The notes beneath the pieces are model-generated. The model did not search any database. It saw only the letters and a list, made by a program, of their open reading frames with translations, and was not told where the DNA came from. Shown here piece by piece: positions 37,220-45,290 of a DNA stretch of 58,418 nucleotides. The DNA comes from Escherichia phage KS_A3: sequence record PP627278.1. One strand, 5' to 3'. Positions within the stretch are counted from its first letter, which is position 1. Each line of letters opens with the position of its first letter. A program made the translations under genes and the position numbers.

Positions 37220-38104
37220 TTACTGCTGCCACGGCGGGACTGCTGCTTGTGCCGGATGGGGTTCAGCTTGCTGCTGTGGCTGCGCTTGCTGTTGCGGTGC
37301 CGCTGCCTGGCCCGGCTGCGCTACCTGCTGCGCCCACGGTTGCTGAGCTGCTTCCGGTGCTACTGGCTGTTGTACCGGAGCTTGCTGAACTGGCTGCTGT
37401 GGCGCTGCGTTTTGAGCAGGGTTATCCCACGGCTGCGGTGCTGCGTTCTGCCACGGTTGAGCTGCTGCGACCTGCTGCGGTGCTGGTTGCTGCTGCACAG
37501 GCTGCTGAACTGTCTGCTGTTGCTGTACCGGAGCTTGCTGCTGTACAGGCGCTTGCTGTTGCTGAGCAAACGGGTTAGCTGCTGGCTGCTGTGGCGCTGC
37601 GCCCGGGAAAGTCGGTTGCTGTGCTGGCGCACCTGCACCAAACGGGTTAGCTACTGCTGGAGCACCCATTGATGGAGCCTCTGCTGCTTTTTCTGCATAT
37701 TTAACCGGATCGTTGATGTTAGCGTAACCGTTAGGCTCGTTGCTGTCTTCATAACCTTCCTGAGAACGAACTTTCAGACGCAGGTTCAGCGGAATGTTAT
37801 GCAGCTGAGCAGGGGTATCCCAGCGAATTACACCAACCGCATGGGACAGAGCACCCAGTTGCTCGTAAGCGATGCGTACAGTATCTTCGTTGTCGTTAAT
37901 GACGTTATAACGAGCAAAGATTTTACGACCTTTAGCAAAACCGTCAATGATGCTAAACGTTACCTGGATCGCCATACCGCCATTTTTGGTCGGTTTAAAT
38001 TCAGATGCTTCAATTACTGCTTTATACCAACCTTTCGGCAATGCGCCGTAAGAAGGTGCTTGATAGCTGCTCGCGTCAAAGTGGAAATTAGTTGGCATAG
38101 TCAT
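37220..38104 (-). CDS. putative ssDNA-binding protein with Q/P/A-rich disordered C-terminal tail
   Basis: 294 aa; about 135-aa globular N-terminus then about 160 aa of PQQ/AQQ low complexity; directly downstream of the Sak4-like ATPase. Confidence 0.4.
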   Translation of the reverse strand: MTMPTNFHFDASSYQAPSYGALPKGWYKAVIEASEFKPTKNGGMAIQVTFSIIDGFAKGRKIFARYNVINDNEDTVRIAYEQLGALSHAVGVIRWDTPAQLHNIPLNLRLKVRSQEGYEDSNEPNGYANINDPVKYAEKAAEAPSMGAPAVANPFGAGAPAQQPTFPGAAPQQPAANPFAQQQQAPVQQQAPVQQQQTVQQPVQQQPAPQQVAAAQPWQNAAPQPWDNPAQNAAPQQPVQQAPVQQPVAPEAAQQPWAQQVAQPGQAAAPQQQAQPQQQAEPHPAQAAVPPWQQ

Positions 38105-38832
38105 TAGTTGATACCTTTCATTTTGTTGATAACAGAACCTAAGTGTGGGACTTCAACCGCATCTAAACGTCCCGAACGATCCTTAGCGATTGTATTAAAG
38201 TCCGGTTGAGTTTGCAAGTAACGATATGAGTTACCTTGCTGATCTTTATTTACATTCAGACGAAATACTTCGTCGAAGAAATAAGGGAGCATTTGTCCCA
38301 ATTTGGACCCAGGCATAGATGGAGCATACGCGGTAACACCGGAGACTTCATCTTTGTCTTTGCCCATTTTAGCAGACATATAAACATGTTTGCCAGGGAT
38401 ATCGCGAAATTTACGGATCAGATCTTGCATCTTTTCAAGCAAAGTACCATAAGCTTGACGAGGATCTTTTGTTCCTTTTTTCGCATTGTTTAAACATTGT
38501 TCAGCAATTTCGCTCAAGCTGTCAAGCGCAATAGAATCGAAATACTGCTGGTTAGCTGGAGTTACACACCACTGATAAGCAGCTTCAACGTCCTCCAGAC
38601 ATTTAACTTCGATAACAGGAATGTCATAAACGATCGGCAATCCCATGTTACCATAAACGCGATTAAGGTTTTCCGCTGCAATAGATAACAGACCGGACTC
38701 TGCGCTGATCAAAATTGGTTTAGGTAGTGTGGCTACAAGGCTGGTTTTACCCATACCCGCTTCACCGTAAACCAGAATTTTAACGCCTGTGTCTTGCACT
38801 ACTTGTGAAGACATTTTAATTTCAATGGCCAT
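38104..38832 (-). CDS. RecA-like ATPase (Sak4-type recombination protein)
   Basis: 242 aa; Walker A GEAGMGKTS. Confidence 0.6.
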   Translation of the reverse strand: MAIEIKMSSQVVQDTGVKILVYGEAGMGKTSLVATLPKPILISAESGLLSIAAENLNRVYGNMGLPIVYDIPVIEVKCLEDVEAAYQWCVTPANQQYFDSIALDSLSEIAEQCLNNAKKGTKDPRQAYGTLLEKMQDLIRKFRDIPGKHVYMSAKMGKDKDEVSGVTAYAPSMPGSKLGQMLPYFFDEVFRLNVNKDQQGNSYRYLQTQPDFNTIAKDRSGRLDAVEVPHLGSVINKMKGIN

Positions 38833-38897
38833 TTAACGCCTCTCTTTTAAGTTCGTGCTCATTGTAACGTAATATACTTTGAACCCTCAATTACTTT

Positions 38898-39818
38898 TTA
38901 ATCTAAAGCCTGATCAGTTTCATCGCGGAAATGCATAAAGTTAGCAAAACGCGGTTTATCTTTAACGCCATGAGGGAAGTGCTTATATGAAATAGTCCGA
39001 CCTTTAATCTTGTCAGGATTATTCCAATAATAGATCTTATCCTCTTGCGTTAGTTTACCAGGACTAACGTTGATTGTATTGCCCGTCTTAACGTCTTTAC
39101 AAACAAGCGTCCCGACCATACCGTTAGGAACTTTATTTTCCTGATGTGAAGATCGTGTAGTCCTGCCCAGCTCGTTAACAGTAGCTTCATTAAGGTTAGT
39201 TTCACCCTCAATAATATCGAGGACAATAGCGTCTTCCTGAATAAAGCGTTTAATACGAAGATATCCACCTTCTCGAACTGTACCGCGCCCATGCTTGTAA
39301 GGCTTGTTTGGATCACGGATAATAATACCTTCATAACCCATATCAAGCCAGATGTTTTCCCAGTAGAGTAACTCTTCTAAAGACTTAACCACATACATCG
39401 GCACAACTTGCAGGTCGAGCAGTTCACCTTTCGCGTGCTGTGTGGTTATAAAATCTTTCATCATGTTGTAGCGTGCTTCATAGCCCAGCTCTGCAACACT
39501 TTCCGCGCACAGATCAAAGATGTGCCATTTCAGGAACGGTTCGCCTTCAATTGTGTTTACCGCACTGGTTGTTTTACGGCACAGATCCGGGTCCGTTTCA
39601 ACTCCTGCTGCAAGCTCGCCGTCATAGCCCATGTATTGAGGACCGCTGAAAATTGCGCTTGTATGGCGGTTTTTAAACAGCTTTAAGCTGCGCCCTACTA
39701 TTTGCCCATCCGGATTTAAACCGCGTACACCGTCGATTTTAGGCAGTATGCAGCACGGAAACTTAATCTTTTCTTCAACCGCGTCAGTCGCTAAATGTGG
39801 TTTAAATACCATTTGCAC
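38898..39818 (-). CDS. ATP-dependent DNA ligase
   Basis: 306 aa; adenylation motif I KIDGVRG; EGIIIR motif. Confidence 0.75.
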   Translation of the reverse strand: MQMVFKPHLATDAVEEKIKFPCCILPKIDGVRGLNPDGQIVGRSLKLFKNRHTSAIFSGPQYMGYDGELAAGVETDPDLCRKTTSAVNTIEGEPFLKWHIFDLCAESVAELGYEARYNMMKDFITTQHAKGELLDLQVVPMYVVKSLEELLYWENIWLDMGYEGIIIRDPNKPYKHGRGTVREGGYLRIKRFIQEDAIVLDIIEGETNLNEATVNELGRTTRSSHQENKVPNGMVGTLVCKDVKTGNTINVSPGKLTQEDKIYYWNNPDKIKGRTISYKHFPHGVKDKPRFANFMHFRDETDQALD

Positions 39819-40464
39819 CTCTATTCATAAAAGAATGTACGAATTTTAATTTACGAATACGCTCATCGCGTTCTGCAACAGCTTTATCGTCTTCTGAACG
39901 AGCAGCCAAACAAACTTTCTCTTTCATACGGATATTACGACGTAAATGTCCGCTACCCTTTTTAGGTCTGTTTTCCTTTTTCTTTGCTTCGGAAATAAGC
40001 TCTTTGCACTCCTGCAAACGGATCTTGCTTCTTTCCAATCGCATAGCAGAACGCGCACGTTCATTACAAAATCTTTGAGCTTTGCTACGCTGGTCCTGAT
40101 TACTTGTATGACCTTTAACGTGGCGAAACTCAATAGTAAGGTTATATTTACGAAGTTGATCGTTCAACCATTTGAAAGCTGTACCTTCCTGTTCGCTTTT
40201 CCAGCTTGCCTCTTTATACACTTTAATAGCAGTTGAACAATCTGTTTGGACGATTAGATGATCACCCGATTGAATTAAATTAGCTTTCAATCCTTCCCAA
40301 ATGACATTACAAATTGCCATCGTTTCGGCTGCATTGTTATCCGGAGCACCGCGTAATGGACCACCGTTAGCATTATTTCCACGGTTACAAACTACCCATC
40401 CGCCATAGCCTGCGGCTTTTGTATTTGGGCAAAAACTTGCATCAGAAATAATTGTTACTCTCAT
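39802..40464 (-). CDS. ribonuclease H
   Basis: 220 aa; IISDASF, NAAE, QTDC, HVKGH...NERAR pattern resembling RNase HI; basic C-terminal tail. Confidence 0.6.
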   Translation of the reverse strand: MRVTIISDASFCPNTKAAGYGGWVVCNRGNNANGGPLRGAPDNNAAETMAICNVIWEGLKANLIQSGDHLIVQTDCSTAIKVYKEASWKSEQEGTAFKWLNDQLRKYNLTIEFRHVKGHTSNQDQRSKAQRFCNERARSAMRLERSKIRLQECKELISEAKKKENRPKKGSGHLRRNIRMKEKVCLAARSEDDKAVAERDERIRKLKFVHSFMNRGANGI

Positions 40465-40475
40465 TGTTTTTCCTT

Positions 40476-40502
40476 AATAAAAAGGGGTCGAAAGACCCCC
40501 TT
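40476..40502 (-). terminator. hairpin terminator
   Basis: GGGGTC-GAAA-GACCCC followed by a U-run on the - strand. Confidence 0.45.
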
Positions 40503-40507
40503 GTAAG

Positions 40508-40738
40508 TTATGCAGGAATAGATTCTTCCGGTTCTTCAGGGATCACGATTTCAATCTCTTCTTCATTTTGGAAGGTAAGACGGAAACCATCTCCTGGGCG
40601 CCCGAAAGCAAAAGTAAGGGCTATCGTATTGTCCTGCTCGTAATGACAGATACTTTCTACTTTCATTTCGTTACCGTAAAAGTCACGGTAAATCATTCCA
40701 GGAAGCGCATCGGTCGCTTTGATCTTTCTTACAGCCAT
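40508..40738 (-). CDS. hypothetical protein
   Basis: 76 aa ORF. Confidence 0.4.
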   Translation of the reverse strand: MAVRKIKATDALPGMIYRDFYGNEMKVESICHYEQDNTIALTFAFGRPGDGFRLTFQNEEEIEIVIPEEPEESIPA

Positions 40739-40749
40739 TATTCCCCCGT

Positions 40750-41541
40750 TTACAGTTTGTCTTTGAACTCTTCGATATATTGCTCGATCGGATACTGCTT
40801 ACGCTTGAAACGATCAAACAAGATTTTAGCAGCTTCTACCTCCTCTTTATTCTCCTTATTTGCGCCCGGTTCCATAAAGTCATGCCAGGTGAAACCGTTC
40901 AGAGTATACATGTTTGCAATGTGTTTAGTGTAACGGCTTTCCCAGTCAATACGCGGACCTTCCATCTTGCGTAAACCTCGCCCAAGCACCTGTACATATA
41001 AATCTTTCTGACGTTGTACAGCTTCGCCATTATAAGGTTCGGTTTTAAACTCAACAACACTACCGTTAAGATCTACACCATCCGCAAAGTTGTGTAGCAT
41101 AGTTTCAATAACGTCATTCAATGTCGGAACAGTCACTTTGCCCTGGGCAATACCTGCCAAATAACCGACATTTTCTTCACCGTACAACTCGATCAGTTCT
41201 TTCTTGGTCGCTTCTGCTTCTTTGTTTGCGGACAAAGCCAACATCTGTTGTTCGAACATGTGTTCCTGTTCCAGGAAGTGAGCATAGCGTTCTTCGTCCA
41301 CTTTACACACAATCCATTTATATTCAACATCCTTGCTGAAGTCCGGATACTGATCCACTTCTACTACTTCCGTAGTAAAGAACTTGCCGTTATATTGAAT
41401 AACAACAGTATCGCCCGGCTGCAATTCGTCACTTTCCAGAGCACGGTAGGTATAAAGACGACCACCTGCTTCAAACTTAACTTTGACAGTTACAACACCT
41501 TTTAACAGGGCATGATAAGCTTTCTGAAATTCTTTACGCAT
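40750..41541 (-). CDS. hypothetical protein
   Basis: 263 aa ORF. Confidence 0.45.
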   Translation of the reverse strand: MRKEFQKAYHALLKGVVTVKVKFEAGGRLYTYRALESDELQPGDTVVIQYNGKFFTTEVVEVDQYPDFSKDVEYKWIVCKVDEERYAHFLEQEHMFEQQMLALSANKEAEATKKELIELYGEENVGYLAGIAQGKVTVPTLNDVIETMLHNFADGVDLNGSVVEFKTEPYNGEAVQRQKDLYVQVLGRGLRKMEGPRIDWESRYTKHIANMYTLNGFTWHDFMEPGANKENKEEVEAAKILFDRFKRKQYPIEQYIEEFKDKL

Positions 41542-41582
41542 TTTAGTTTCCTCTTGGGCGGATCAACCGCCCGTTAATGTGG

Positions 41583-41993
41583 TTAGGCTTTATTTGGAAC
41601 GATTTCCAGCGACGCAGATCCAACTTTAGATTCAACGCACTGGTTGAAGACTGCGGCTTGCTCCGCTGTAAGTTTACGCCAAGCCGCAACTTTCAATACA
41701 GGTTTATTTTCTACAAGCTGATCAACGTTAACACCAACTTTAATCAGATCGCCCAGGATTCCGTTAAGACTTGGAAGATCAATCTTACGATCAATCTTGT
41801 GAGTCATTTTCATAACCCCGCCAGTAATTTCAACTTTATTAGTCCCTTCAGACGGCGCTGGGAAATATGACTTGATAATCTTATCACGGAGTGCTCGCTC
41901 ACGAGCTTGCAGCTTCTGCAATTCCGCTTTAGTTTTATACCACTCAATTACATCTGCTTCTGTTGCTTGTACTGCTTTATCTGCGTCGAACAT
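41583..41993 (-). CDS. hypothetical protein
   Basis: start moved to ATG at 41993 with SD GAGGA (track start 42053). Confidence 0.4.
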   Translation of the reverse strand: MFDADKAVQATEADVIEWYKTKAELQKLQARERALRDKIIKSYFPAPSEGTNKVEITGGVMKMTHKIDRKIDLPSLNGILGDLIKVGVNVDQLVENKPVLKVAAWRKLTAEQAAVFNQCVESKVGSASLEIVPNKA

Positions 41994-42234
41994 TTTTCTA
42001 TCCTCTGTTGTGTTTCGATGTATGTATAATAGCACATCCATGTGACAGGGCAAGACTCAATCTGTATCAATTAATCTTTTTAAACGGATTAGTAATCTAG
42101 CAACCTTCCTCCATTCAGCATCCTCCATTAATGGTGAAGGCTTATACGCTTCAGGTATCGGACAAGGTATATAGGGTTCCATGTCAGATATTACTTGCTT
42201 TGATAACTTTTTCTTCCGTTTACCCATAAATAAC

Positions 42235-42819
42235 CTATTTCAAATAGCGGGAAGTCATAATTGGATGCAAAGACACTTCTTCCTCAGATGTAACCACATT
42301 GGCAGACGTGCCTGTGGACCCAAAGCCATTAGCACCGCGCTCAGTAGTCTTAAGCTCGTCCACTTCTACAAGTTGCACGCTGGGCAACTTAATAAGCATA
42401 GCTTGCGCAACACGGCTACCGTGCTCAACAATGAAGCCTTCTTCATTATCAATGGTAAGCTTAATCTTAACTTCCCCAGTGTAATCGCTGTCAATAACGC
42501 CCACGCAGTTAGCTAGTCGCACGTCATTTTTAAATGCGTGCCCGCTGCGGGAATAGATCATAAGCGCGTAGCCTTCAGGGATATCAAATGCTAATCCTGT
42601 GCGAATAACTTCACTTTCTCTGAAGTACACCTGATTATACCCATCCGCACGTAAATCCGCGTGCAGGTCAAAACAAGCTGCCCCAGCAGTAGCGAACGCT
42701 GGTAGAATTGCCGTATCAGTTAACCGCTTGACACCGACAACAGGAGGTTCAAAGAACGTAGCTATTGCTTGTGCATCAATTTTAAAACAGCCTTCTGTGT
42801 TATTTAATACGTCAGTCAT
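42235..42819 (-). CDS. dut: dUTP diphosphatase
   Basis: 194 aa; dUTPase motifs AGAACFDL, RSG, GVIDSDYTGE, TERGANGFGSTG. Confidence 0.8.
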   Translation of the reverse strand: MTDVLNNTEGCFKIDAQAIATFFEPPVVGVKRLTDTAILPAFATAGAACFDLHADLRADGYNQVYFRESEVIRTGLAFDIPEGYALMIYSRSGHAFKNDVRLANCVGVIDSDYTGEVKIKLTIDNEEGFIVEHGSRVAQAMLIKLPSVQLVEVDELKTTERGANGFGSTGTSANVVTSEEEVSLHPIMTSRYLK

Positions 42820-42851
42820 AATTTCACCTTATTGAATTGAACCGCGATCAA

Positions 42852-43373
42852 TTAACCATTGTTGGAAAATTCACCGTGCAAAATTGCACGCATTTCCTTC
42901 AGCCATTGTGTCGCTTTATTTTTACCTTCATCATTAAATGGAAAATACCTATAATAGTTTTTACCATTCAGTCGAATTTGCGCTAACCAACTATTGCTGG
43001 TTTTAGATTTGTTATGTGTAAGACCTTTAACCCCGCTTGAATTGTTACTGTATTTAAATCTATTATGTGCGTTCTGACTAGAATTGCAAGCCCTCAAATT
43101 GTATTGAGCATTATTCAGTTTATTGCAGTCATCATGATCAATTTCTTCAGGTTCTTCATCATAGAGCATTTTCCAGATTATGCGGTGAACAAAATATGAA
43201 ATGCCATCAATCTTTGTTCTAAGATGACCAGTTGTATGAACCCATCCAACGCAAGATCCCTTTGGAGCTCTGTTGCTTCTATGAATCTTCCATGTTAATG
43301 CACCCGTCGACGGATCATAGTCAAATAGCTCCAGAAGCTGCTCTTGTGTAAGGTGTATAGGCTTCGCTTTCAT
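42852..43373 (-). CDS. HNH homing endonuclease
   Basis: 173 aa; IDHDDCNKLNN HNH motif. Confidence 0.65.
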   Translation of the reverse strand: MKAKPIHLTQEQLLELFDYDPSTGALTWKIHRSNRAPKGSCVGWVHTTGHLRTKIDGISYFVHRIIWKMLYDEEPEEIDHDDCNKLNNAQYNLRACNSSQNAHNRFKYSNNSSGVKGLTHNKSKTSNSWLAQIRLNGKNYYRYFPFNDEGKNKATQWLKEMRAILHGEFSNNG

Positions 43374-43840
43374 GACATGAGTGACCCCCTCTCAATCAAG
43401 TAGCATTTCGCGTGCGCTTTAAAAATAATGCGGTAGTCATCAAGACTAATTTCCGCGCGGATGGAATCTTTAACTTCATACCACTGCCATTCACCATTAC
43501 TGAAGACAACCGGATTAAGTGGTAGAACAACCTTCCATCCTTTACGTTCTATTTTATACATCAGAACTGGATATCTGCCAAGCTCTTTAGCAGATTGAAC
43601 AGTCTGCTTCCACCATGTGTTTACTTGTGGTGTAGCATGGTTTTTTACTTCAACTGCATGGTGACATGTATTGCTAATGTCGCAACCACCGACCGCACTT
43701 TGATTCTGGTTACGCTGCGCAATAGGTTTTTCCGGTAACTGCATCCCCAGCTCTGCGTAGATTTCGGCATAAATTGCATTAAAGAAATCACATACTTCCC
43801 GCTCACCGCGTTGACCTTTAGCGCGAATATTTACTGCCAT
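43370..43840 (-). CDS. putative Holliday-junction resolvase-like nuclease (Hjc/RecU-type)
   Basis: KGQRGEREV...D...EVK pattern; start set to ATG 43840 with SD GGAG (track start 43870). Confidence 0.35.
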   Translation of the reverse strand: MAVNIRAKGQRGEREVCDFFNAIYAEIYAELGMQLPEKPIAQRNQNQSAVGGCDISNTCHHAVEVKNHATPQVNTWWKQTVQSAKELGRYPVLMYKIERKGWKVVLPLNPVVFSNGEWQWYEVKDSIRAEISLDDYRIIFKAHAKCYLIERGSLMS

Positions 43841-43880
43841 GTTTGTCTCCATAACTTTAATGTAAAACACTTCATAAAGA

Positions 43881-43909
43881 ATTTTATATTGAAGTTATGT
43901 TGATCGCAA
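43881..43909 (-). promoter_or_regulatory. candidate sigma70-like promoter
   Basis: on - strand TTGCGA, 17-nt spacer, TAAAAT, immediately downstream of a terminator hairpin. Confidence 0.3.
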
Positions 43910-43913
43910 GGAA

Positions 43914-43946
43914 CAAAAAAGCCCAGGCATAAGGATTCCTGGGCTC
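43914..43946 (-). terminator. rho-independent terminator
   Basis: AGCCCAGG..CCTGGGCT stem followed by a U-run on the - strand. Confidence 0.5.
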
Positions 43947-44257
43947 TCTTGATTGTCGGATAGCTTACTTTGACTGCCGTCTTCGTCTATCCTGGCCTAC
44001 TTGTACAGCCTCGCCAAAGGCCGGTGACGGTTTGGTACATCTGGCGCCGTCTCGTTAAACATCGTTTACATCGTTCAGTAAGTTGCGGGTTTATCCTGTC
44101 CGCTCCAGGAAGCTCAGCGAAAGTAGTTGCTGTAAGGAGGTACAGCTACCGCTTTCAAGGGCTTGAGTTAAGCATCGTTCACTAAGTTAATGTTGTTAAA
44201 TTGTTAAACCTCGTTAACTGTGGTTATCTTAAAGGATGCAGTCTTGAATGGCAAGCT

Positions 44258-44572
44258 TCAATTTTGCGCGGTTCCCTTTGCCGCTTTTGGTGCTAAAGTA
44301 CCATCATTTAACATCAACTCAAAACCTGTTACTTGATCGGTTGGAACAATAGGGTAATTCATAATAGCCATGTGGATACGATGCCCTCCGTCACATTCAT
44401 CGATGTATTCATTGCCCCAATAGTATAAATGCCCATCTCTTCGAATATCCATTGCTGTTGGGAAATCAACAAGAATTCTTTTAATTTCTTTTCGTCCTTC
44501 TTTATGCAGATTAGTTTCAATACGAATAAGCTCCGCATAAATTGCTTCACAGATAGTGTTTACAATTCCCAT
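44258..44572 (-). CDS. hypothetical protein
   Basis: start at ATG 44572 with SD GAGGA; track ORF extends to 44644. Confidence 0.4.
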   Translation of the reverse strand: MGIVNTICEAIYAELIRIETNLHKEGRKEIKRILVDFPTAMDIRRDGHLYYWGNEYIDECDGGHRIHMAIMNYPIVPTDQVTGFELMLNDGTLAPKAAKGTAQN

Positions 44573-44576
44573 TTTT

Positions 44577-44792
44577 TCATTCCTCACAGTCTTTGATATT
44601 TTTAGGGATGAGAATATAACGATTGTGTTTTGGAAAATTATCACTGCAACAATTACAAAGACCTCCCATTACATTTTGATTACCTACAGCATGTAAAGAA
44701 CCGTCTAATCCGATAATGATTACATCATTATCAATGTAACCAAATTGATCAACCGGAGCCTGGCCTTCAATAACTTCTAATTCAATTTTCAT
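44577..44792 (-). CDS. hypothetical protein
   Basis: 71 aa (MKIELEV...), SD GAGGTG; track ORF over-extended to 44912. Confidence 0.4.
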   Translation of the reverse strand: MKIELEVIEGQAPVDQFGYIDNDVIIIGLDGSLHAVGNQNVMGGLCNCCSDNFPKHNRYILIPKNIKDCEE

Positions 44793-44800
44793 CTTACACC

Positions 44801-44875
44801 TCACAAAATATATGTAAACCAGAAATAACCAGCTACGAAAATAGCACCCGCAAATAATTTTAAAAGCTCGAACAT
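44801..44875 (-). CDS. 24-aa hydrophobic peptide (MFELLKLFAGAIFVAGYFWFTYIL)
   Basis: below the track's 60-aa cutoff; perfect SD GGAGG 5 nt before ATG; entirely hydrophobic. Confidence 0.35.
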   Translation of the reverse strand: MFELLKLFAGAIFVAGYFWFTYIL

Positions 44876-45033
44876 TGTTCCCTCCGTTAACTTTATGATG
44901 TAAGTATAGCAAGACTTACAATGTATGCAACAACTTTAGACTTGAAATACATCTATGAAATAGCACGATTTGCCTTTACCTCTGATCCGTCTAGCTGTAC
45001 TATTAACCCATAAACAGAGAGGAGGATTACAAA

Positions 45034-45258
45034 ATGGTCATGCTGAATAAAGTATATAGCACAATGGGCGCGGATTATAAAGTTGTACGTCATCCGCGTA
45101 CTGGTAAATTTGAAGCATACATCCGTCCAATGGGTGAAGGTTGGATGTATTACGGTACTTATGATGACGCTGAGCAAGCTTATAAAGAAGCGGAAAGTGT
45201 AGCGGAAGCATCCGAAATTATGGCAAGGTACGACGTCGATGATTACTACCTTAACTAA
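45034..45258 (+). CDS. hypothetical protein (lone + strand gene in early block)
   Basis: 74 aa, strong SD GAGAGGAGG, followed by bidirectional terminator. Confidence 0.5.
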   Translation: MVMLNKVYSTMGADYKVVRHPRTGKFEAYIRPMGEGWMYYGTYDDAEQAYKEAESVAEASEIMARYDVDDYYLN

Positions 45259-45290
45259 AAATAAAGGGCCTTTCGGCCCTTTATTTATTC
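45258..45290. terminator. bidirectional terminator
   Basis: AAAGGGCC-TTTC-GGCCCTTT hairpin flanked by A- and T-runs; between convergent genes. Confidence 0.55.

Noticed and set aside
37247-37672. Leu/Arg/Cys-rich and Ala-rich + strand ORFs (141 and 109 aa)
   Set aside because: Antisense to the CAG/CTG-rich region encoding the Q/P-rich tail of the SSB-like protein; open frames are a by-product of the repeat composition
43947-44257. tRNA gene in the noncoding islands
   Set aside because: No T-loop (GTTCRANYC) or cloverleaf found on either strand by inspection in this island, the 48.85-49.5 kb region or the 52.04-52.46 kb island
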